This document shows positions 30,998 through 39,363 of a stretch of 64,000 bases of DNA, piece by piece. Location: NCBI GenBank assembly GCA_965221425.1, contig OZ244889.1, forward strand, positions 2,560,675 to 2,624,674, given 5' to 3'. The DNA comes from Candidatus Poribacteria bacterium (GTDB taxonomy: Bacteria; Poribacteria; WGA-4E; WGA-3G). Position 1 is the first letter of the stretch. Each line of letters opens with the position of its first letter. Position numbers and translations under genes: made by a program. The notes beneath the pieces were generated by a model. The model worked only from the letters and a program-made list of their open reading frames with translations, searched no databases and was not told the DNA's origin.

Positions 30998-31354
30998 CTA
31001 TTGTTTATGTAGACCAATTAGGTTTCCGCCGGGGTCAGCAAACCAAGCAAATGAACCCATGCCACCCGGAATTTCTGTTGGTGGAATGATGATCTTCCCA
31101 CCATTGCTCTCGACCTTTGCTACGGATGCTTCAAGGTCCTCTACGGAAATATAAATTGTTACATGGTTTGTGGTTGGCATTTCATCGGTTGTTGGGAAAA
31201 TATGTCCTTTTATGCCTTGATCTGGCGACGGATCACACAGATGAACACCGTTCGTTTCTGGTGAAATTTCCCATCCAAAAAGAGAACGGTAAAACTCAGA
31301 TAATTCTTCACCATTTTTCCCTGCTATTTCAAACCACATGACTGGATTGCCCAT
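30998..31354 (-). CDS. VOC family protein, tandem paralog 2
   Basis: MGNPVMWFEIAGKNGEELSEFY... same architecture. Confidence 0.8.
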   Translation of the reverse strand: MGNPVMWFEIAGKNGEELSEFYRSLFGWEISPETNGVHLCDPSPDQGIKGHIFPTTDEMPTTNHVTIYISVEDLEASVAKVESNGGKIIIPPTEIPGGMGSFAWFADPGGNLIGLHKQ

Positions 31355-31479
31355 TGGTATTTTCTCCTTTAAATTAAAAATGAAATTGATTCAAATTATT
31401 TGATTCGCTTTTGATATGTTATATCATTGCATTGTTAATGGTTAATAAATTTAATTCAAGTTGCGTGCAACAATTACAC

Positions 31480-31869
31480 CTATATTTGGTGTAAACCGAC
31501 AACGTTCCCGCTTGGGTCAAGAAACATCGCGATTGATCCCAGGCTATCAGGAAGTACCTGCGGTGGAACAAGTGTTTTTCCACCCTGACTCTCAATCTTT
31601 TCAAGTGTTTCTTGCAGGTCTTCAACCTGTATAAAAATTGAGACGCGATTGGAGAAATCCATATCATCAGATAACGGATAAATATGTCCTTTTATCCCTT
31701 TGTCGTCTAACGGCGGCGGTGTCGGATCAATAGCAAAAATATCATTCGGAAAGTGTGGTATATTCCAATCAAACGGAAGAATTGTCCAATCAAATAGGTC
31801 GTGATAAAAATCGCGCAATAACTCACCGTTTTTACTGGCTATTTCAAAAAACATGACAGGATTACCCAT
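31480..31869 (-). CDS. VOC family protein, tandem paralog 3
   Basis: MGNPVMFFEIASKNGELLRDFY... Confidence 0.8.
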   Translation of the reverse strand: MGNPVMFFEIASKNGELLRDFYHDLFDWTILPFDWNIPHFPNDIFAIDPTPPPLDDKGIKGHIYPLSDDMDFSNRVSIFIQVEDLQETLEKIESQGGKTLVPPQVLPDSLGSIAMFLDPSGNVVGLHQI

Positions 31870-31874
31870 TGATA

Positions 31875-32261
31875 TTACTCCTTTGATTGATATAAACCAA
31901 TTCGGTTACCACTTGGGTCAAGAAACATCGCTAATAGCTCACCTTTATCGGATACAACTGTAGGCGGCATAAGAAGCGTTCCGTCAAGACCCTCAAGTTT
32001 CTCAACAGTAGCATGAATATCTTCCACTGCTACATAAATGGTAACATTGTTTGCGAAAGGAACACCGTCTACGAGCGGTATTTCATCATTTGGCGGATAC
32101 ATAAGTCCTTTAATCCCGTTATCAGATTCAGAATCCGTCTCAAAGCCGTAGTAGCCTTCAGTATACTCTGTCCACTTCCAATCAAACACGGAACGATAAA
32201 AATCGCCTAAGCTTTTGCTATCCTTACCAACTATATCAAAACTCACGACTGGATTACCCAT
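31875..32261 (-). CDS. VOC family protein, tandem paralog 4
   Basis: Start chosen at the internal ATG 32261 (MGNPVVSFDIVGK), with AAGGAG RBS. The track ORF extends to 32477 and overlaps the next paralog. Confidence 0.7.
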   Translation of the reverse strand: MGNPVVSFDIVGKDSKSLGDFYRSVFDWKWTEYTEGYYGFETDSESDNGIKGLMYPPNDEIPLVDGVPFANNVTIYVAVEDIHATVEKLEGLDGTLLMPPTVVSDKGELLAMFLDPSGNRIGLYQSKE

Positions 32262-32301
32262 TAAGACTTGCTCCTTAGACTGGTTCGGAATGGATTTATC
32301 A

Positions 32302-32667
32302 CTACGACAATCTGCGTTGCAACAAACCAATACCATTGCCACTCGGATCGCGGAACATAGCGAAGTGGCTTGCATTTCCCGGTATTTCTTGCGGTTGTAT
32401 GAGGATTTTTCCACCAAGACTCTCTGCTTGTTCCAAACAGCCCCATATATCATCAACTTGCACATATATGATAACAAGGTTTGCAGATTCCATTTCTTCG
32501 GTTGTTTGAAATAGGTGTCCTTCTATCCCTTTGTCTGATTGCGGATCCGCAATGTATAATTCATCGTTAAGTGGGAAAATTTTCCATTCAAACACGGTGC
32601 TGTAGAAATCAATTAACTTTTCAACATCTTTTCCAGCGATTTCAAAATGCAAAACGGGACTACCCAT
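32302..32667 (-). CDS. VOC family protein, tandem paralog 5
   Basis: Start at ATG 32667 (MGSPVLHFEIAGKD). Confidence 0.75.
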   Translation of the reverse strand: MGSPVLHFEIAGKDVEKLIDFYSTVFEWKIFPLNDELYIADPQSDKGIEGHLFQTTEEMESANLVIIYVQVDDIWGCLEQAESLGGKILIQPQEIPGNASHFAMFRDPSGNGIGLLQRRLS

Positions 32668-32751
32668 GATATTTCTCCATCTCAAATAGGTGTCGCTCCA
32701 ATTTTCAGACGAACCTTGCGGATAATGAAGCGACTATCCACCAATTACTGC

Positions 32752-33108
32752 TTAAGATTGGAACAGACCGAGACAATTACCGCTTGGGTCAAGGAACATC
32801 GCGAATAAACTATCCCCATCTGGAATAGGCATGGGGCCCATAATCACCTTTCCACCATTACTCTCTACCTTCTTCGCAGATGCCTCAATGTCATCTACCT
32901 CTATATAAACGGTAACATGGTTTGTAATCGGCATCTGTTCGGTTGTCTGGACAATGTGTCCTTGAATACCCTGATCCGATCCTGTATTGACGGTATTCCC
33001 ACAATCATCGTCCTGATTAATATCCCAACCGAACAAGGAACTATAAAAGTCGCATAAGGAATCTTCTTTTTTACCTGCTATTTCAAAAATCGTGACAGGA
33101 TTTGCCAT
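32752..33108 (-). CDS. VOC family protein, tandem paralog 6
   Basis: MANPVTIFEIAGKKEDSLCDFY... Confidence 0.8.
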   Translation of the reverse strand: MANPVTIFEIAGKKEDSLCDFYSSLFGWDINQDDDCGNTVNTGSDQGIQGHIVQTTEQMPITNHVTVYIEVDDIEASAKKVESNGGKVIMGPMPIPDGDSLFAMFLDPSGNCLGLFQS

Positions 33109-33158
33109 TGGAATTTTCTCCTCTTTAAATTGTTTTAAGATGAAAACTGGTATACAAT

Positions 33159-33518
33159 TTATGCTTTATACAAACCGATGCAGTTGCCACTTGGGTCAAG
33201 GAACATAGCAAAAGAACTTCCGCTGCCAGGGATAGATTGCGGCGGAACAAGTGTCTTTCCTCCGTGATTTTCTACCTGTTCAAGCGACGCCTCAAGATCA
33301 TCAACCTGAATATAAACAGAAACAAAGTTAGAAACAGACATTTCATCAGTAGGTAATATATGACCACATATACCCTGTTCTAAATCTGGAACTGGTATTA
33401 TGTTGTAAAAGCCATCATTGTCCTTTTGTATATCCCAATCAAATAACGCGCCATAAAAATTGCTTAATTTTTCCGTATTTTCGCCTGCTATTTCAAAATG
33501 CACAACAGGATTTCCCAT
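33159..33518 (-). CDS. VOC family protein, tandem paralog 7
   Basis: MGNPVVHFEIAGENTEKLSNFY... Confidence 0.8.
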   Translation of the reverse strand: MGNPVVHFEIAGENTEKLSNFYGALFDWDIQKDNDGFYNIIPVPDLEQGICGHILPTDEMSVSNFVSVYIQVDDLEASLEQVENHGGKTLVPPQSIPGSGSSFAMFLDPSGNCIGLYKA

Positions 33519-33645
33519 GAGGTTTCTCCTTAAGAAATCTAATTTTCAATAATCATAAAAACAGAGTGGTGAACCTTCGTTCGCCACCCTTTTGGTAAGT
33601 CTCTGTGTTCTCCTACAATTGACATTGGGATAAACAGAGATACAA

Positions 33646-34020
33646 CTAATTTGAATCAGGGAGTCGATATAACCCAATGCAATTATCGCTTGGGTCAAGG
33701 AAAAGCGCGAATGAACCCATGTTTCCAGGAATCTCCTGCGGTGGGATTAGAGTCTTGGCTCCAAGACTTTCTGCCTTGTCAAGATATGCTTGAAGATTGT
33801 CCACCTCAACATAAAAGGTGACATGGTTATTAAAGTCCATTTCTTCTGTTACCGGAAAGATGTGTCCAGGGATGCCCGCATCATCCGACTGCGAGTCAAC
33901 CATATAAGTACCACCGTAAGGGTTTTTATCCGTTTTCCAACCAAAGATGGAACAATAAAAATCGTTTAACTTTTCGCCGTTTCTACCGGCTATTTCAAAA
34001 TACACAACAGGGTTTCCCAT
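33646..34020 (-). CDS. VOC family protein, tandem paralog 8
   Basis: MGNPVVYFEIAGRNGEKLNDFY... Confidence 0.8.
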   Translation of the reverse strand: MGNPVVYFEIAGRNGEKLNDFYCSIFGWKTDKNPYGGTYMVDSQSDDAGIPGHIFPVTEEMDFNNHVTFYVEVDNLQAYLDKAESLGAKTLIPPQEIPGNMGSFALFLDPSDNCIGLYRLPDSN

Positions 34021-34080
34021 TGTTTAATTTCTCCTATCATTGAATTCTTTAATCACAAATTGAACGAAAAAATGAGGACA

Positions 34081-34467
34081 TCACGCATTCGATTCGGGTT
34101 GCCTGTACAGCCCTAAGCAGTTACCACTCGGGTCAACGAACCATGCGAATGACCCTCTGTTACCAGGAATTTGCTGCGGTGGTATAAGGGTATGACCGCC
34201 AAGACTTTCCACCTTCTGAAGATAGGTTTGTAGATTGTCTACCTTAACGTAAAAAGTGACTTGGTTTGTGTAGTCAAAAAATTCTGGCAACACAAAAATG
34301 TGCCCAGCTATTCCATCTTCTGACTGTGCGTCAATACCGTAAGAGTAAATACCGCGATCGCCGCCAGGCAATTGTTCGATTTTCCAACCAAATACAGAAC
34401 TGTAAAAATCACATAACTCTTTGCCGTTTTTAGCTGCTATTTCAAAGTATGTAACAGGATTACCCAT
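34081..34467 (-). CDS. VOC family protein, tandem paralog 9
   Basis: MGNPVTYFEIAAKNGKELCDFY... Confidence 0.8.
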   Translation of the reverse strand: MGNPVTYFEIAAKNGKELCDFYSSVFGWKIEQLPGGDRGIYSYGIDAQSEDGIAGHIFVLPEFFDYTNQVTFYVKVDNLQTYLQKVESLGGHTLIPPQQIPGNRGSFAWFVDPSGNCLGLYRQPESNA

Positions 34468-34847
34468 TGAAATATACTCCGTATTCTAATCTTAACATCA
34501 GTAACATTATGAATGATTGCATGCCCATGGAAATAGGCTAAGGTAATAGTGTATGCAGAAAAATCCATGAGGTTTTAATCTGTTTCCAACGAAATATAAA
34601 ACGATAAAATTTGCCAATAGTTGCATCATTTTGTCTGCAATTTACACATTCCTTTTTACACATAAAACCCTTATGATAGGTAAATTGGATTGTTATCAAT
34701 TCACTTGATATACGGCAAATCTTCTGTTATAATTAAGACAATTCCCGTTATGTATCAGAATTCAACTGAGAGTTCTTCCACCAAATAGTCGATATATTTG
34801 TAAGTGTTCCCATACCTTGAGTCAGTTCAAACGATCTGGAGTAACTA

Positions 34848-35780
34848 ATGCGAATTGCACTTGTGATCTTCTTCACTATTGTTCTTTCCAGTTCGCTTGG
34901 GTATCTCGGTTTTACATATTTTGAGGAAGGAAATAGTTTATGGATAGCCACTATAGCAGCTATAGTAACAGTTCTTCCGTTTGCTTTTCTCACACTAATT
35001 AGTGAGTATAGGATACTAAAAGCAGGTACTGCACTGATTAGAACAAGTAAATCGAAAGAGAAGGTTGCAATTAAAGGCGGCATTTGGATGATCCCGATTG
35101 TCTATAAGTTAAAAGAAATCCCTTTAAATAGATACGAAATTAAAATAGTTTTAGAAAATAAAAAATCATGCCTTACATACGATTTCAAACGGTGTGATGT
35201 TGAAGTTGTTTTATATGTTAAAATTGCTTCAGATGAGGAAGATATTCTTAAAGCATCGCACGCTTTCGGTGATAAATTGATTACTTCTGAAACTTTTGAA
35301 GAGTTGGTTGAGTCAAAAGTAGAAAATATCTTAAGAAGTGTTGTTGCTGAAACTCAGAGTTCCGATCTGATAAAGAGACGGCAAAAAATTGTTGAAACGG
35401 TGCAAGAAGAATGCAAAGAGGAATTAAAATTGCACTTTGGCTTAACACTTGAAAAATTAGCAATTCGCCATGTGTATTTTCACCCTATAGACTGGAGCGA
35501 AGGTTGTATTGATACAGTTCCTGTAAGCTACCCTACTGAGATAACTCAGATAACCATGTGTGATTTCTGTAATAATGAAGGTGCTAAAGTATTTCTTATG
35601 CCCCAAAGTTTTGGTAAAGATGAAGATTTACTTGTTATTGAAGATGTACCAGTAATCTATTGTCCAAATTGTAGAGAAAACTACCTAAGTCGAGATACAT
35701 TAAAGGAAATTGAACACATAAAACGAGATCGTGAAAAAGTTGCCCCTAAACGCCCTATATCAGTTGCGGTTTTTAAGTAA
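34848..35780 (+). CDS. Membrane-anchored SPFH/flotillin-like domain protein with a C-terminal YgiT-type (MqsA-like) zinc finger
   Basis: Two N-terminal TM helices. Band-7-like core (KGGIWMIPIVYKLKEIPLNRYEIKIVLEN...VEVVLYVKI...). C-terminal CDFC-N27-CPNCRENYLSRDTLKEIE zinc ribbon. Confidence 0.55.
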   Translation: MRIALVIFFTIVLSSSLGYLGFTYFEEGNSLWIATIAAIVTVLPFAFLTLISEYRILKAGTALIRTSKSKEKVAIKGGIWMIPIVYKLKEIPLNRYEIKIVLENKKSCLTYDFKRCDVEVVLYVKIASDEEDILKASHAFGDKLITSETFEELVESKVENILRSVVAETQSSDLIKRRQKIVETVQEECKEELKLHFGLTLEKLAIRHVYFHPIDWSEGCIDTVPVSYPTEITQITMCDFCNNEGAKVFLMPQSFGKDEDLLVIEDVPVIYCPNCRENYLSRDTLKEIEHIKRDREKVAPKRPISVAVFK

Positions 35781-35797
35781 TTCATCAAAGGAAAAAG

Positions 35798-36688
35798 ATG
35801 CAAACATCTCACAGATATCTTGACCCAGTCGCACTTTCTCGTATCGGAGGTATGGAACTCGTTGCCCGTCTTGTGGTTGAAGGGTTCGTTACCGGATTAC
35901 ACAAAAGTCCATATCAAGGATTTAGCGTTGAGTTTGCTGAGCATCGGCAATATATGCCCGGTGATGAAATCCGATATATTGATTGGAAAGTCTATGGAAA
36001 ATCTGATCGGTATTATGTCAAAAAGTTTGAAGAAGAGACGAATCTGCGTGCCTATATCCTGCTTGATACCAGCGCGTCAATGAACTACAAGCATAAAGAT
36101 GACACGTTGACAAAGTTTGAATACGGGTGTTATCTTGCTGCCACACTCACTTACCTCATGTTGAAGCAACGCGACTCTGTGGGTTTAGCACTTTTTGATA
36201 CCGATATTACGCAATACATTCCACCGAGGGGTGCAGCAACGCACCTACGGGCAATTATGTCTGCGCTTGAAAATGCTACGCCTGGGCAGGAAACCGAATT
36301 GAGCGGCCTCTTTCACGAACTCGCGAAACGGATTGTTCGGCGTGGTTTGGTTATTGTCATCTCCGACCTGCTGGATGAACCTTCGAATGTCATATCAGCA
36401 CTGAAACATCTCCGCCACCAGAAACATGAGGTGATCGTCTTTCACCTGCTTGATCATGCTGAACTCACTTTCCCGTATAACGGTTCTGTCATCTTCCGAG
36501 ATATGGAAACTGGGCAGACACTTTCTACACAAGCCGACTCACTTAAAACCGCATATCTTGAGAACCTAAACCAGTTTATTCAGAATTACCGGCGCGGATG
36601 TGGTGCAAGCCAGATTGACTATGTGCAAATGGATACGACTACTCCGTTTGATCATGCTTTGTCAGCGTATCTTTCCAGACGAAAATAG
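35798..36688 (+). CDS. DUF58 (vWA-like) domain protein, normally a MoxR-associated gene
   Basis: LSRIGGMEL...GLHKSPYQGFSVEFAEHRQYMPGDEIRYIDWKVY...LLDTSASM is the canonical DUF58 N-terminus. Confidence 0.8.
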   Translation: MQTSHRYLDPVALSRIGGMELVARLVVEGFVTGLHKSPYQGFSVEFAEHRQYMPGDEIRYIDWKVYGKSDRYYVKKFEEETNLRAYILLDTSASMNYKHKDDTLTKFEYGCYLAATLTYLMLKQRDSVGLALFDTDITQYIPPRGAATHLRAIMSALENATPGQETELSGLFHELAKRIVRRGLVIVISDLLDEPSNVISALKHLRHQKHEVIVFHLLDHAELTFPYNGSVIFRDMETGQTLSTQADSLKTAYLENLNQFIQNYRRGCGASQIDYVQMDTTTPFDHALSAYLSRRK

Positions 36689-36815
36689 ATATCACGATCA
36701 AATAGCCTAAAGCTCCAATGGATAAACCCAAAACGAGATTTCACGTTTTTTACATAAGAGTTTGACACCCTTTCTAATGAAATTTAAGTTTAACATAAAA
36801 TACAGAGGAGAAAAA

Positions 36816-37397
36816 ATGAGAATCTTAGCATTTTTCATGTTATTCGCAACGATATTCACTTTCGGTTGCGGAGAAGACCCGGAAGAAGAAATGGAAATGG
36901 AAGAAGAAATGGTGGTAGAAACACCTTTGCAAAAAGCGCAAGCAGCAATGACGCGTGTAAATGACAGAAGAACAGAGGAATATCAAAAAGCTGAAGAAGC
37001 GGACGATTTTTCAGTTCTGTTTATTGTTGCTCAAAAAATCTTCCAAGAAGAACTCGGTTTTGGTGCAGAAACCTGGCAAGAATTGTTAGACACCTGGGAA
37101 GACGCGCATGATGAACGCGTTCAAGGACTCTTTGCAGATGGTAAAGAGGATGAGTCCAAGGCCGAGGCACAAAGTTATGTGGACTTCCTCTCCTTTTACT
37201 TTCCAAAATTTGATTTTGAAAATATGACTGGTGGCGAATTTTTCTTTGAATATATGAGCGCCTACGATGAGATTGTCACCGAATATTTGCGACTTTCTTA
37301 TGAATTTCCTGATACTACTCAGGAAAAACTCCTTGCTTCGCTCAAGAAATCCATAGTGGACGGAGAGGTAAGCATTCAGTATCCTGAAGGGTTGTGA
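36816..37397 (+). CDS. Hypothetical acidic lipoprotein
   Basis: AGAGGAG RBS. MRILAFFMLFATIFTFGC lipobox, then an EEEMEMEEEM low-complexity stretch. TGA stop. Confidence 0.55.
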   Translation: MRILAFFMLFATIFTFGCGEDPEEEMEMEEEMVVETPLQKAQAAMTRVNDRRTEEYQKAEEADDFSVLFIVAQKIFQEELGFGAETWQELLDTWEDAHDERVQGLFADGKEDESKAEAQSYVDFLSFYFPKFDFENMTGGEFFFEYMSAYDEIVTEYLRLSYEFPDTTQEKLLASLKKSIVDGEVSIQYPEGL

Positions 37398-37440
37398 CAT
37401 TATAACCCAAGTTGCCATCTATTTGCGAATGCTCTTGTAG

Positions 37441-37463
37441 GAGGGGTTTCTAACCCCGATTTA
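37441..37463 (+). terminator. Conserved hairpin element gaggggtttctaaccccgattta (second copy at 27938-27960)
   Basis: GGGGTT-tct-AACCCC stem-loop. An identical 22-mer lies downstream of two different + strand genes. Confidence 0.4.
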
Positions 37464-37542
37464 TAACAGAAAACATAAGTATCAGCGGAAACGCCTCGTT
37501 TTTTTCGTAAAAAGCAGTGTCCGCCATCTCGAAATCTTGTAA

Positions 37543-37790
37543 GTAGCAACTTAGGTTATTATAGTAAAATCCACAATTACCTTTACGCTGGCGCGGTTAG
37601 GAAAAAATCAACGGTATGAATCATGGCGAATACGCCAAATCAACGGTATGAATGCGCGTGGCAGAATGCGCCAAATCAACGGTATGAATGCCATTTAGGC
37701 ATTCCCCGTGTGGCATTCTGCATGATTCCCCGCCTCGCCAGCGGGAGCGTGTCGGGATTGCTGTTCATTGAGGTGTGAACATATTTTCGG
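37543..37790. repeat. Family-A repeat element with three tandem aaatcaacggtatgaat(c/g) units
   Basis: gtagcaacttaggttat module, 3x aaatcaacggtatgaat, ccccgcctcgccagc core. Confidence 0.75.
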
Positions 37791-37809
37791 ATTTTACTAT
37801 AAGGCGGTA

Positions 37810-38610
37810 CTATCCAAGGATGCCTTCCATACGTTCCTGAACCCACGTTTTCAGTTCTGGATGTGTAAAAATATAAAAAGTACCATTCTGGATAGCGTTA
37901 TAAACATAGTCTGCTACTTTAGTAGGTGACATCCCCGCTTCCATTTCAGCACGCACATTCCGAGAATCGCCTATAGTTTTTTGTGTTTCCAATTCTGTGT
38001 TTTGTAAAGCATCTGGACGGTTTCGAGCAGAGTCCAAGATACCGGTCCGCACCCAACCGGGACACAGCACATGCACCTGAATCTGCGATCCTTTTTGTGC
38101 CAATTCATCAGCAAGGGTTTCTGAAAGTGCTACCACGCCGTGTTTGCTCACCTTATAGATGCCTTCCCCCGGACTTCGCACCATGCCTAAGATAGAGGCT
38201 GTATTCAAAATATGGCACTCAGTCTCTTGTGCAAGCATGCGCGGCACAAAAGCACGAATACTGTGAATCACACCCCATAGGTTAACGCCTAACACCCATT
38301 CCCAATCAGCGACGGTATGCTCCCAGATAGGACGACTGCACACAACACCTGCATTATTGCAGAGAATATGCACCACACCATAAGTGTGATATGTTTGGAC
38401 TGCAAGATTTTCAACATCTTCAGCATTTGAGACATCTGTTCTAACGGCAAGCACGGTTGCCCCTTTAGCACGCAGGTCTGCCTCAAGTTCTGCTAAAGGT
38501 TCTTCTTCAATATCTGCAAGGACAACCGCCATTCCTTCCGCTGCGAACCGTTCCGCCATGCCCCGTCCGATACCATTTGCTGCACCAGTAACAACCGCAA
38601 CCCTTTCCAT
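37810..38610 (-). CDS. Short-chain dehydrogenase/reductase (SDR)
   Basis: VTGAANGIGRG glycine motif, YKVSKHGV catalytic YxxxK, NNAG. Confidence 0.9.
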   Translation of the reverse strand: MERVAVVTGAANGIGRGMAERFAAEGMAVVLADIEEEPLAELEADLRAKGATVLAVRTDVSNAEDVENLAVQTYHTYGVVHILCNNAGVVCSRPIWEHTVADWEWVLGVNLWGVIHSIRAFVPRMLAQETECHILNTASILGMVRSPGEGIYKVSKHGVVALSETLADELAQKGSQIQVHVLCPGWVRTGILDSARNRPDALQNTELETQKTIGDSRNVRAEMEAGMSPTKVADYVYNAIQNGTFYIFTHPELKTWVQERMEGILG

Positions 38611-39297
38611 TCAAAGCTCCGCTTGGCGCTGCTGATGGTACTCTTCTAATGCCCGGTTTGCATTTACAATTGTCTCTAACTTTTCAACGAGTAGATCAAT
38701 ATGTTTGCCCGGGAAGGCAAAATAAAAATCATCGTCAGAGAGTACCGTGTAGACGCGATTGCCGATACATCCCAAACTACTTGCACCTTTATCAGACTGC
38801 ATAACAGCAGGTATTACAGCACATGTTGGTCTGCCCATCACACCGTTTTCGGTGCCGATTCCCGCAGCGGTTGCTGCTTCAGCCAAGAGCATCATCTGCT
38901 TCGGCGTGCCAGAGACAATGACAACATCCGGAATGTCAGCGGCATCTCCTAAAGGAGCGTAAACTGCATTCTGAAACGGATTATCTCGACGCGGAATGCT
39001 TGGGACCTCTTCCATACTGATATAGCCAAGTTCACCCATCAGTCCAAGCGTGTTTTCCAATTCCTCCATCTGTGCGTCTGGGAGTTCAACGTTATGTGTA
39101 TAACACCCAATCGGACAGTTGTAGTGGTCGGATGCTTCGGTATAGAAGGTTTTCCCTTCCGATGCGCGCTTCCAATAGGTACAGCCGGATGCCTCAGCTT
39201 TTTCCACGCGGGAAACATCATCCGGTTGTGATTCGTGAAATGTTACTGCGACAGGCGCAGTTTCTAAATTGAGTAGCTCTTGTAATTGTTCTGACAT
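38611..39297 (-). CDS. DUF169 (COG2043)-like protein
   Basis: PVAVTFHES...SGCTYWKRASEG...CPIGCYTHNV pattern. TGA stop abuts the ATG of the SDR gene (translational coupling). Confidence 0.5.
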   Translation of the reverse strand: MSEQLQELLNLETAPVAVTFHESQPDDVSRVEKAEASGCTYWKRASEGKTFYTEASDHYNCPIGCYTHNVELPDAQMEELENTLGLMGELGYISMEEVPSIPRRDNPFQNAVYAPLGDAADIPDVVIVSGTPKQMMLLAEAATAAGIGTENGVMGRPTCAVIPAVMQSDKGASSLGCIGNRVYTVLSDDDFYFAFPGKHIDLLVEKLETIVNANRALEEYHQQRQAEL

Positions 39298-39363
39298 ATT
39301 TTCTCCTTTATGAGATAAAATCTAAACGCTAATCGGAGCGAACTGCCCCTCAGTAGGCTCCGC

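Noticed and set aside
37810-39297. Possible readthrough fusion of DUF169 and SDR across the in-frame TGA at 38611
   Set aside because: The SDR begins with a canonical N-terminus (MERVAVVTGAANGIG) directly at the ATG. TGA-ATG abutment is ordinary translational coupling, so these are two genes.
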